Of a stretch of DNA of 64,000 bases, positions 1-8,004 are shown one piece after another; positions within the stretch are counted from its first letter, which is position 1, and every line of letters starts with the position of its first letter. Under the pieces are notes generated by a model that was given only the letters and a program-made list of their open reading frames with translations, searched no databases and was not told the DNA's origin. The stretch covers positions 2,653-66,652 of the forward strand of contig JAJCYR010000058.1 of NCBI GenBank assembly GCA_029262775.1, given 5' to 3'. Source of the DNA: Bacteroidota bacterium (lineage in GTDB: Bacteria; Bacteroidota; Rhodothermia; Rhodothermales; UBA10348). Position numbers and translations under genes: made by a program.

Positions 1-179
1 TCATGGGTGGCAGCCTGCAGCTTCTCGCGAATGCGGCCAGCTCGTCGCGCCTGCAACTCGGCACCCACCTTGGGGAGATGACCCAGGTTGTACTGGGCGG
101 GCTGGAAGGCCTGCTGTTCGGCGCCGGTGTGGCGGGAGCCCTGGTGCTTGCCCGGGTGCTCAGGCAGCGGCGCGTTTGA
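1..179 (+). CDS. 3' end of an unidentified CDS (5' end outside window), with a hydrophobic C-terminal segment
   Basis: The frame starting at nt 3 is open to the TGA at 177-179. Third codon positions are strongly G/C, as in real genes here. The tail '...VVLGGLEGLLFGAGVAGALVLARVLRQRRV' looks like a C-terminal TM anchor. I recognise no family. Confidence 0.3.
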   Translation, partial: MGGSLQLLANAASSSRLQLGTHLGEMTQVVLGGLEGLLFGAGVAGALVLARVLRQRRV

Positions 180-708
180 ACAGCCCGGCGGCTCCCCCGA
201 AGAGTACCATGAACAGCCCATTCATGATGATAGTCCCGGCAGCTGATGTACCCGGCTGTCCGAGTCCGGCTGCGAGCGTGACGAGGGCAATCACAGCCAG
301 GGCACCCACCATGATGAACAGGGTCCGGGCCATGCCGGGGGCGGCGAACCGGACGTACAGTGCACCCACAATGCCGATGCCCAGCACGCCGAAGTACATG
401 AGGTTGGCCGGGTTGCCCTCGTCGCCGATGATGCCGACCGCCAGGTTGGCCCAGACGAGGAAAAACGCCGATGCAATGGCCAGTGCGGCTCCGGCGCGGT
501 AGGTGATGTCGCTCGATGCCCGCAGGGTCACTTCAAACGCCCCGCCGGCCATCAGCAGCATGGCGCCGAATATCACGAAATCCATGGCGCTCCAGGCGAC
601 TTCGTTGGTCAGCAGCATGCCGACCATGGGTAGGAGCCACAGGGTGGCAGCGGCGGACCAGACGATTATGCGGAGTCGGGTCCCGGAGTTGCGTGCGAGT
701 TCGGTCAT
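160..708 (-). CDS. polytopic integral membrane protein, unknown function
   Basis: ORF 160..786, trimmed to the ATG at 708 ('MTELARNSG...'). It has about 5-6 hydrophobic helices and no recognisable motif. Confidence 0.55.
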   Translation of the reverse strand: MTELARNSGTRLRIIVWSAAATLWLLPMVGMLLTNEVAWSAMDFVIFGAMLLMAGGAFEVTLRASSDITYRAGAALAIASAFFLVWANLAVGIIGDEGNPANLMYFGVLGIGIVGALYVRFAAPGMARTLFIMVGALAVIALVTLAAGLGQPGTSAAGTIIMNGLFMVLFGGAAGLFKRAAA

Positions 709-709
709 A

Positions 710-901
710 TCAGTGTTTCCGTAGTGAGTGGATGAGCCAGGCGGTACCCGCGAGAATGAGCGCCAGCGGCACGGCACCCGGTTCATCTTCCACGATGACC
801 ATGTAGGCCATCAGCAGGAGTCCGGTGGTCAGGGTCAATGCGGACAGGTAACGATGGGTAACCGGGGTCATGGAGTTGCGGGGTTGATGAGGAGTCAACA
901 T
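710..901 (-). CDS. small two-helix membrane protein, unknown function
   Basis: 63-aa ORF whose stop lies 1 nt upstream of the next gene's ATG (708), which suggests coupling. It has two hydrophobic stretches. The start is uncertain; an alternative ATG is at 871. Confidence 0.35.
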   Translation of the reverse strand: MLTPHQPRNSMTPVTHRYLSALTLTTGLLLMAYMVIVEDEPGAVPLALILAGTAWLIHSLRKH

Positions 902-1013
902 AGCCCCGTGTACCCGTGAGCGGCATGAGCAGGATCTGAGGAGTTTGTGATATGTGCTTTCGCACAGAATACATCAGGCCCTGTAGACGTTCGATCTTCA
1001 ACACGCTCCCAGG

Positions 1014-2147
1014 TCAGGCGTCCGACGGCGACGGAATCAGATCGTTCAGGAGCTGCTCGTTCGTGGGCGACTGCTGCATGTGGCGCAGGAGAGCCTGCAT
1101 GGCGTCGAGGGGACTTCGGCTGTTGAGAACGCGCATGAGCCGGCGGTGCTTCTCGATCTGTTCACCGATCAGGATTTCCTCGTTCCGAGTGCCACTTTTC
1201 CGCAGGTTGATGGCCGGATAAATTCGTTTGTTGGCCATTTCACGGTCCAGAACGATCTCGGCGTTGCCCGTGCCTTTGAACTCCTCGAAGATCACCTCAT
1301 CCATGCGCGATCCGGTATCGATGAGCGCCGTGGCGATCAGTGTGAGCGAGCCGCCCCCCTCAATGTTGCGGGCCGCGCCGAACAGCTTGCGGGGAATGGT
1401 CAGCGCCCGGGCATCGAGCCCGCCAGACAGCGTGCGGCCGCTGCCTTCGCTGTAAATGTTGAAATTGCGACCGAGGCGCGTCAACGAATCGAGCAGAATA
1501 ACCACGTCACGCCCCATCTCGACGAGCCGTTTGGCATACTCGAGCGAGAGCTGGGAAACGCGAATATGATTGTCCTCTTCCCGGTCGTTGGAGCTGGCGA
1601 AGAGCGTGGCCGATGTGGAGCGCCGGAAGTCGGTGACCTCTTCCGGACGTTCATCCACGAGCAGGGCGACCAGATCTACTTCCGGATGGTTCTGTGTGAT
1701 GGCCGCCGCCATTTCCTTCAGAATGAATGTTTTCCCCGTTCGTGGAGGCGCCACGATGAGGGCGCGCTGGCCCTTGCCAATGGGTACCACGAGGTCAATG
1801 ACTCGCTGCGTGAAATTGCCCGGCGACGTTACCAGGTTCAGCTTGTCATCCGGAAATATGGTGTTCCCCTTTTCAAACTTGCGACTGTTCTTCCACTCAT
1901 TCAGGTCAACGCCCATGACCTTGTCAATGTGATGGACCTGCATGTCACCCTTGCGTCCGGGACGCAGGGTTCCCTCCATCACGATACCATCACGGAGTTT
2001 GTGCTGGGTGACCATGTTCGGAGAACAGAACGGGTCGCTGTCTCCCTTGGGAATATCGGACTGGAACTGGCGGATGAAACCGAATTTCTTGCCGCCAATC
2101 AGTTCAAGGATGCCTGAGAATGTCTTCGGATTCGAATTGCGAGCCAT
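1014..2147 (-). CDS. rho: transcription termination factor Rho (short form, 377 aa)
   Basis: It has an OB/CSD-like RNA-binding part ('GILELIGGKKFGFIR') and a Walker A motif ('APPRTGKTF'). 'LLVDERPEEVT' and 'LLDSLTRLGRNFN' align colinearly with E. coli Rho from about residue 48 onward. Confidence 0.95.
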   Translation of the reverse strand: MARNSNPKTFSGILELIGGKKFGFIRQFQSDIPKGDSDPFCSPNMVTQHKLRDGIVMEGTLRPGRKGDMQVHHIDKVMGVDLNEWKNSRKFEKGNTIFPDDKLNLVTSPGNFTQRVIDLVVPIGKGQRALIVAPPRTGKTFILKEMAAAITQNHPEVDLVALLVDERPEEVTDFRRSTSATLFASSNDREEDNHIRVSQLSLEYAKRLVEMGRDVVILLDSLTRLGRNFNIYSEGSGRTLSGGLDARALTIPRKLFGAARNIEGGGSLTLIATALIDTGSRMDEVIFEEFKGTGNAEIVLDREMANKRIYPAINLRKSGTRNEEILIGEQIEKHRRLMRVLNSRSPLDAMQALLRHMQQSPTNEQLLNDLIPSPSDA

Positions 2148-2249
2148 TACCTGCTGGGATTGGTTATCTTCCCGACGAACGACGAAACGGGCCTTCCAGG
2201 GCGGAAGGAAGAAGAATCAGTACGCACGGAATATAGAGGGTATCGGGGC

Positions 2250-3149
2250 TTGGCACAACGAATTTCAGGTGGACTGCCAGTCGAGGTTCTCGGACAGGAT
2301 GCTGGCCCGACAGTCCTTCTTCTCCACGGTTGGGGCAGTTCCATGGCCCATATGCGCCCGCTCGCCCATCTGCTCGCGCCCGATTTCCGCGTTGTCATGG
2401 CCGATTTTCCCGGCCACGGAAACGCCCCCGAACCAGCCGTGGCATGGGACATGGATGCCCATGCCGACCTCGTCGAGGAATGGGTCGAACGCGCGTGTGT
2501 TGGTCCTGTTCTGATTGTGGGACACTCCAATGGGGGGCGAGTAGCGCTCTTTGCCATGGCACGCTGGAGCGCCCGGCATCCTGGCGAATCGGGCTCGCGA
2601 GCACCGATACCATCAGGGACTTCCATGCCCGCCACGCCTGCCGCGGCCGGCGGACCACTGGACCGGGTCCGTGCTCTTGTGCTCATTGGCCCGAGCGGCA
2701 CCAGACGCAAGCGCACGGCGTCCTACTATCTCAAAACCGGGCTCGCCCGCGCGCTGAAAACTCCGTTCCGACTGCTTCCGCCTCCACTCAGCGCGTTCGG
2801 CCTCAACTGGCTCAGGCATTCGCTCCTGTGGCGCGCCCTGTCGAGCGCCGATTACGCGGCCGTGAGCGGCGTCATGCGCGAGACGTTTGTTCGGTGTGTG
2901 ACGACGTACGTTGAAGAGGGGCTGCCGCTCGTGACGGTCCCGACCGTGATACTCCGAGGCGCTGGCGACGAGGCCATCACGGCCGACCAGATCGACACCA
3001 TGGTCCGCCTCCTGCCCGATGCCGGTGCGTTTGAGGTCGAGGGCGCCGGACATTATGTCCAACTCGATGCGCCGGATGTCGTCGCCGCTGCCGTGCGGGA
3101 AATGGCCAGCCGACAGCATATGCATACAAGCCAGGTGCACACCCCATGA
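2250..3149 (+). CDS. alpha/beta-fold hydrolase
   Basis: It has an 'LLLHGWGSS' oxyanion region, the nucleophile elbow 'GHSNGG', and a C-terminal 'GAGHYVQLD' His motif. The maximal ORF starts at TTG 2160, only 12 nt from the divergent rho ATG. I prefer the in-frame TTG at 2250, preceded by AGAGGG. The stop overlaps the next start (ATGA). Confidence 0.75.
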   Translation: MAQRISGGLPVEVLGQDAGPTVLLLHGWGSSMAHMRPLAHLLAPDFRVVMADFPGHGNAPEPAVAWDMDAHADLVEEWVERACVGPVLIVGHSNGGRVALFAMARWSARHPGESGSRAPIPSGTSMPATPAAAGGPLDRVRALVLIGPSGTRRKRTASYYLKTGLARALKTPFRLLPPPLSAFGLNWLRHSLLWRALSSADYAAVSGVMRETFVRCVTTYVEEGLPLVTVPTVILRGAGDEAITADQIDTMVRLLPDAGAFEVEGAGHYVQLDAPDVVAAAVREMASRQHMHTSQVHTP

Positions 3150-4816
3150 CAACACCGTGGTATATATTCGTGCTTTTGGCGGCGGCCGGCGCGCTGGCCA
3201 CGGCGTTCGCCGTGTGGCGCGCCGGCCGCCGCCAGGTATTCTTCCTCCACATGGCGCAGTTGGAGGGCTATAAACCGGGGCCGTTCAGCGCATGGGCCGG
3301 AAGGCGTGTGTTCGATGTGCTGGTTCGCGCCAGTCATGCGGCCGGCGCCCTGCTGCTGGCCGGCGTCTTTTTTGCAGAGCCCCGGGGACTCCTGCTCACC
3401 GGTTTTTTCGCAGCCTGGGCCATTGCCTTCATGTCGTCGCGCCGCTACCGGCGCGACCAGCCCAAGAAACCGCTCTCCTGGACGCCGCGCATGAAGCGTC
3501 TCGCCATCACATCCGTGGCCATTACGCTCCTTGCGGCCGCGGTCGTGAGTGCAACGCTGAGCGCGGCACATGTAGAACCAGGCGGCGGTGCCGATGGAAG
3601 TACGTACATCGCCCTCTCCCTCCTTGCCGCCCTCTTCGCCGCCGACCTGCTCGCACCGCTGGCGGTTCTTGCGGCCCTTTTCGTGACCGTTCCGATTGAG
3701 CGGCGCGTCCACGAGGGCTTCATCCGGCAGGCGCGGGCACGACTCGCGCATCGACCCGATCTTGGAATTGTGGCTATTACCGGCTCGTACGGCAAGACAT
3801 CGACCAAATTTGCCGCCAGCGAAGTGCTGGCCCAGCGGCATCCGGTGCTCGCGACGCCGGGGAGCTTCAACACACCCATGGGGATCTGCCGCGTCGTGAA
3901 TCAGATGCTGGAGGACGATCACCGCTGGCTGGTACTCGAAATGGGGATCCGGCACGCGGGCGATATCGCGGAGCTGTGCCACGTGGCGCGGCCCGACATC
4001 GCGGTTGTCACATCGGTCGGGGTGGCGCACCTTGAGACCATGGGCAGCGTGGAGGCGATTGCCCGCGAAAAAGGAAGCCTGCTGCACTTTCTGCCGCGCG
4101 GTGGGACGGCCATTCTCAATCTGGACGATGCACGCGTAGCCGCCATGCGCGCCGCCGAGGACATACATTATATATATGTATCGGCCGAGGGCGACACCGG
4201 GGCGGACATTCGCGCCGAAAACGTGACGTATGACGCCATTGGTTGCGCTTTTGACGTCATTTTACGCGGCGACCGCGCACGCGTCCAGTCGCGCCTCCTC
4301 GGAGCGCACAACATTACGAACATGCTGCTGGCCCTCGCAGTGGGCCACGTTTCGGGGCTTACGCTGCGCCAGATGACTCCGGCCCTCGGGCGCATGCAGC
4401 CCGTCCCGCACCGCCTCAAATTGCGCCGTGAGGGCGGCGGGTTGACCGTGCTCGATGACGCCTTCAACAGCAACCCGGTCGGGGCCCGAAGCGCGGTCGA
4501 TGTGCTCTCGCACTTCACCGGCGGGCGGCGCATTGTGATTACGCCCGGCATGGTGGAACTCGGTTCGCGCGAAGCCGAGGAAAACGAGGCTTGGGGAGGG
4601 TTCATGGCAACACGGGTCGATACGGTGCTACTCGTGGGCGCCGAACGTACGCGCCCTATTGCCGACGGGTTGCGCGCGGGCGGCTTTCCCGGCGACCAGA
4701 TCATGGTTATGCGGACACTCTTCGATGCGCGCGCCTGGCTCGCACGCAACGCACTGCCGGGCGACACGGTGCTCTACGAGAACGACCTGCCGGACCAGTA
4801 CACGGAGGCGTCGTGA
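3146..4816 (+). CDS. Mur ligase family protein (MurF-like) with an N-terminal polytopic membrane domain
   Basis: Residues about 195-556 carry '[11 protein letters not shown]', '[11 protein letters not shown]', '[10 protein letters not shown]', 'PHRLKL' and '[11 protein letters not shown]'. Residues 1 to about 190 contain 5-6 hydrophobic helices instead of the MurF N-domain. Confidence 0.8.
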   Translation: MTTPWYIFVLLAAAGALATAFAVWRAGRRQVFFLHMAQLEGYKPGPFSAWAGRRVFDVLVRASHAAGALLLAGVFFAEPRGLLLTGFFAAWAIAFMSSRRYRRDQPKKPLSWTPRMKRLAITSVAITLLAAAVVSATLSAAHVEPGGGADGSTYIALSLLAALFAADLLAPLAVLAALFVTVPIERRVHEGFIRQARARLAHRPDLGIVAITGSYGKTSTKFAASEVLAQRHPVLATPGSFNTPMGICRVVNQMLEDDHRWLVLEMGIRHAGDIAELCHVARPDIAVVTSVGVAHLETMGSVEAIAREKGSLLHFLPRGGTAILNLDDARVAAMRAAEDIHYIYVSAEGDTGADIRAENVTYDAIGCAFDVILRGDRARVQSRLLGAHNITNMLLALAVGHVSGLTLRQMTPALGRMQPVPHRLKLRREGGGLTVLDDAFNSNPVGARSAVDVLSHFTGGRRIVITPGMVELGSREAEENEAWGGFMATRVDTVLLVGAERTRPIADGLRAGGFPGDQIMVMRTLFDARAWLARNALPGDTVLYENDLPDQYTEAS

Positions 4817-5460
4817 TGGGTGGTGGGAGCGCGGCAAATCTTGAAATGGAGTCGTTTCTGTACGCGCGCGGGTACCGGGCTATTGCGGGCACGGATGAGG
4901 CCGGTCGTGGCTCTCTGGCCGGACCGGTCGTGGCGGCGGCCGTGATCCTTCCGGTCTATTCCACCGACGGCGCGGGCGAGCCGCCGGCAGGCGGCGAGCC
5001 TCTTTCCGGAGTCGCCGATTCCAAAATCCTCTCGGCCAGGCGTCGACGCGAGCTCGCTGGCGCCATCCGCTCGCAGGCGGTGGCGTGGGCCGTCGCCGAG
5101 TGCAATCCGGCCGAAATTGACACGCTGAATATCCTCTGGGCGTCGATGGAGGCCATGCGACGTGCACTCGTGGCGCTCAGTGCAGCGCCCGATTATGCCC
5201 TCATCGATGGCCGCACGCTGATTCCGTCCTGCCCGTGTCCGTCCAAGGCGGTAGTTGGCGGCGATGCGCGCAGCCGTTCCATTGCTGCGGCGTCCATCCT
5301 GGCCAAAACGCACCGCGATGCCATCATGCACGAAATGCACGCACGCTGGCCCGTCTACGGTTGGAATACCAACGTGGGCTACCCGACAAAGGCCCATTAC
5401 GAAGCGCTGCGCGTACACGGGCCGTCCCCGCTGCATCGCACATCCTTCCGACTGCAATGA
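4816..5460 (+). CDS. rnhB: ribonuclease HII
   Basis: It carries '[21 protein letters not shown]', 'DSK' and 'ASILAK'. The ATG at 4816 overlaps the upstream TGA (TGATG). Confidence 0.9.
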   Translation: MGGGSAANLEMESFLYARGYRAIAGTDEAGRGSLAGPVVAAAVILPVYSTDGAGEPPAGGEPLSGVADSKILSARRRRELAGAIRSQAVAWAVAECNPAEIDTLNILWASMEAMRRALVALSAAPDYALIDGRTLIPSCPCPSKAVVGGDARSRSIAAASILAKTHRDAIMHEMHARWPVYGWNTNVGYPTKAHYEALRVHGPSPLHRTSFRLQ

Positions 5461-6602
5461 ACCACTTTTCAGCGCCAGACGTAAGCTCTCCCTCAATGCC
5501 TCACACCAGACGGCCGCCGCGTGTCGTCGTGGTCATTGTGTCCTGGAACGCCCTCCCGCTGCTGAAGACGTGTCTGCCGAGCGTGATGGCCACGGAGTAC
5601 CCGGATTTCGAGGTGGTGCTCGCCGACAATGCGTCGACAGATGGCTCGGCGGAGTGGGTGCGGCAGCAGTTTCCCCGCGTTCACGTGGTGACGCACGCCG
5701 AAAACTGGGCCTTCGCCCGCGGCAACAACGAAGCGGTGCGCGAGGCGGGCGTCCAGGCGCTTGGCACCGCGTACTATGTCTTCCTCAACAACGACGTGGA
5801 GGTACCTCCAGGCTGGCTGACTCCGCTCGTTCGGCGTATGGAGGACGACCCCACGCTTGGCGCCCTGCAACCGAAGTTGCTCCGGCACGACGACCGCGGG
5901 GCGTTCGAGTACGCGGGGGCGGCGGGCGGCTTTATCGATGCCCTCGGATATCCGTTCACCCGGGGCCGGGTGCTTTTCACCATGGAGCGGGACGATGGGC
6001 AGTATGACGATGCGCGCGACGTCTTCTGGGCGACGGGCGCAGCGCTTATGGTCCGTCGCGAGGCATGGGAGGTCTCGGGCGGTTTTGACGAGCAGTTCGT
6101 CATGCATATGGAGGAAATAGACCTCTGCTGGCGCCTGCAACGCGGCCGCGCGCACCGAGCAGCAGGGACCGGCACGTCGCCATGGCGCATCGGAGTCGAA
6201 CCGAAAAGCCGTGTGTTCCACATTGGCGGGGCATCGCTTCCCCAGGGCAGTTCCCAGAAGACGTTCCTGAATTTCCGCAACAACCTGCTCATGCTCTACA
6301 AGAACCTGCCGCCGGGCCGGTTTTTACCAGGGCCGTTCTACCGGATTCTTGCCGTGCGGACGCCGCTCGATCTGCTGGCGGCGGGGCGCGCCGCGCTGTT
6401 TGGCCGGTGGGGCGAGGCGCTGGCTATTCCACGGGCCTACCTGGCGGCGCACCGCTTAAAAAGCCGCTACAGCGCGGCGCGCCCCGCACGGGACGAGGCC
6501 GCGCCGCTCCCCTGGCGGGGCACGCTTGTCTGGCATTACATGGTCCGCGGAAGACGAACGTTCACCGCGCTCGTAAAGGCGCGCCCCCTGGAGCGCACTT
6601 GA
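5457..6602 (+). CDS. family 2 glycosyltransferase (rhamnosyltransferase-like)
   Basis: It carries 'VVVIVSWNALPLL', 'ADNASTDGS', 'NNDVEV' and 'MEEIDLCWR'. The ATG at 5457 overlaps the rnhB stop (ATGA). Confidence 0.85.
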   Translation: MNHFSAPDVSSPSMPHTRRPPRVVVVIVSWNALPLLKTCLPSVMATEYPDFEVVLADNASTDGSAEWVRQQFPRVHVVTHAENWAFARGNNEAVREAGVQALGTAYYVFLNNDVEVPPGWLTPLVRRMEDDPTLGALQPKLLRHDDRGAFEYAGAAGGFIDALGYPFTRGRVLFTMERDDGQYDDARDVFWATGAALMVRREAWEVSGGFDEQFVMHMEEIDLCWRLQRGRAHRAAGTGTSPWRIGVEPKSRVFHIGGASLPQGSSQKTFLNFRNNLLMLYKNLPPGRFLPGPFYRILAVRTPLDLLAAGRAALFGRWGEALAIPRAYLAAHRLKSRYSAARPARDEAAPLPWRGTLVWHYMVRGRRTFTALVKARPLERT

Positions 6603-6684
6603 ACGTACTTGTGAACGCCGTAGAATACGTGGTGACCAGATTGGGAGCAACTACTCGGCCTTCACGGCGTCTTAACTGTACGCG

Positions 6685-7224
6685 ATGTTGAAACCCAGCC
6701 AAAAAACCACCATGACGACCGACCTGAAACGCATTCCCCACACTACCCTGCTGGCCGCCATTGTTCTGCTCACGGCCTCCGCCCTCGTTGTCTCTGCGTG
6801 CAGCGATTCCGGGCTGGATGCGGCGGGTACAGATGAAACGGGTACAGATGAAAACGCATCGGCCCCGGCGGCACCTGACGAAGATGGTGTATTTATAATC
6901 GTCGAGCAGATGCCGGAACTCATTGGCGGACTGGCCGCCCTGGAAGAGCACATCACCTATACGCCCATTGCCAAACGAGCCGGTGTGGAAGGACGCGTTT
7001 TCCTTCAGTTTGTCGTATCGAAAGAAGGCACTCCCGAGAACATCCAGGTCATACGAGGTGTTGGAGCTGGTCTCGATGAGGCCGCCGTCGAAGCCGTGTC
7101 GAAGGTCCGGTTCATCCCGGGGCGTCAGCGCGGAGAGGCGGTTCCCGTCAAAATGAGCCTGCCGGTTGTGTTCCGGCTGGATGACGCCGCGGCCAAAGCA
7201 CCAGCACCACCGCGCCCAGAATAA
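6685..7224 (+). CDS. TonB C-terminal-domain protein, predicted lipoprotein
   Basis: It has a signal peptide with a lipobox ('LVVSAC'), an acidic/Thr linker, and a TonB_C-like domain ('GVEGRVFLQFVVSKEGTPENIQVIRG...PGRQRGEAVPVKMSLPVVF'). Confidence 0.8.
   Translation: MLKPSQKTTMTTDLKRIPHTTLLAAIVLLTASALVVSACSDSGLDAAGTDETGTDENASAPAAPDEDGVFIIVEQMPELIGGLAALEEHITYTPIAKRAGVEGRVFLQFVVSKEGTPENIQVIRGVGAGLDEAAVEAVSKVRFIPGRQRGEAVPVKMSLPVVFRLDDAAAKAPAPPRPE
6825..6854 (+). repeat. 15-nt tandem duplication inside the TonB linker
   Basis: gggtacagatgaaac followed by gggtacagatgaaaa (14/15 identical), encoding GTDET-GTDEN. Confidence 0.85.
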
Positions 7225-7403
7225 CCAGCATTACGCCAACGGCCGCGAGCGCAGGTACTTCACTGAATAATACCCAGGCAAGTGTCGACGCTCCGATAGG
7301 TTCGAGCAGGTTGGCTACCCCGTAGCCCGCTGTAGCTGACCGAAATGGCCATCAGGCCCACGGCGAGCACCACATAGACGTGCAGCGGGCGCGACTCCGT
7401 CAT
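7148..7403 (-). pseudogene. frameshifted relic of a DMT/EamA-type transporter (C-terminal helices only)
   Basis: The ATG at 7403 gives 'MTESRPLHVYVVLAVGLMAISVS...' and stops after 47 codons. A frame shift continues as 'ATAGYGVANLLEPIGASTLAWVLFSEVPALAAVGVMLVILGAVVLVLWPRR...', which resembles typical last EamA helices. It ends at 7148, antisense to the TonB 3' end. Confidence 0.5.
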
Positions 7404-7407
7404 TCGG

Positions 7408-7833
7408 TCACCGAAGCCGGTCCATGGATTTGACCAGCCTGATGTCAGCGTCAATGGCGCGCCGGGCAAGGTACAGGAATACGTAGGATGCCAGCGGGAT
7501 GGCAAGTACAATCCACTCGCCCACTGAATCCCCACTGGACGTGGCATTGGGAAGCGTGCCTGCCATGACCTGCCCCCCGAAGAGGGCCACAATACCGGTC
7601 AGTAGTAGCACCTGGACCGCCGTCACAAACTTCCGCTGAAACACGCGGTTGCTGTACAGGAAGATGCTCAGGAACGCAGCCACAGCCACGAGACCCAGTA
7701 TGGCCATGGAGGCCGGAAGAAACCAGACCTGGGTGGTAGCTGCCGGTCCTGTCCAGACCTCATCGACAAAAAACGCACCACCAATTACCAGAGACGCTGC
7801 AAGGAGGTAAATACTTTGTATCCGCTGTATCAT
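7408..7833 (-). CDS. DUF4293-like four-helix membrane protein
   Basis: ORF 7408..7944 trimmed to the ATG at 7833 ('MIQRIQSIYLLAASL...'). This N-terminus and the size are as I remember for Bacteroidota DUF4293 proteins. Confidence 0.65.
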   Translation of the reverse strand: MIQRIQSIYLLAASLVIGGAFFVDEVWTGPAATTQVWFLPASMAILGLVAVAAFLSIFLYSNRVFQRKFVTAVQVLLLTGIVALFGGQVMAGTLPNATSSGDSVGEWIVLAIPLASYVFLYLARRAIDADIRLVKSMDRLR

Positions 7834-7900
7834 CGGCAAGTGGGTTGGTGAAGGTCCAGCGTGAACAAGAAAGGCCAGATCCCACAGTAACGGACGGGTA

Positions 7901-7936
7901 CAAAAAAAGAGCCGCGCCTGAGGCGCGGCTCTTTTG
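7901..7936 (-). terminator. rho-independent terminator of the exbB-exbD-exbD operon
   Basis: On the minus strand there is a perfect 10-11 bp GC-rich stem, AGAGCCGCGCC-(loop)-GCGCGGCTCT, followed by TTTTTTT. It lies about 70 nt after the exbD stop. Confidence 0.85.
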
Positions 7937-8004
7937 ATTTCCACTTCAATTCACGAGGTCCGTACGCAACAGGACGCAACAGGACTGTGGCCGCCGCGCT
8001 CCGT

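Noticed and set aside
1080-2117. Very long ORFs antisense to confident genes. Examples are 1080..2117 opposite rho, 3053..4168 opposite the Mur ligase, and 11958..13073 and 12712..13713 opposite polX. Others are 19701..20777 opposite acs, 24465..25286 opposite the symporter, and 30832..31917, 32465..33940 and 40446..41654 opposite nuoL, nuoM and the permease.
   Set aside because: These are the shadow ORFs expected in high-G+C DNA. Their translations are Arg/Gly/Pro/His-rich with no recognisable motif. The opposite strand in every case carries a protein with clear family signatures.
2160-2249. TTG 2160 as the start of the alpha/beta hydrolase (the maximal ORF).
   Set aside because: It would leave only 12 nt between two divergent genes. 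It would add about 30 non-conserved residues in front of a normal-length N-terminus. TTG 2250 with an AGAGGG Shine-Dalgarno-like element is more plausible. This remains unproven.
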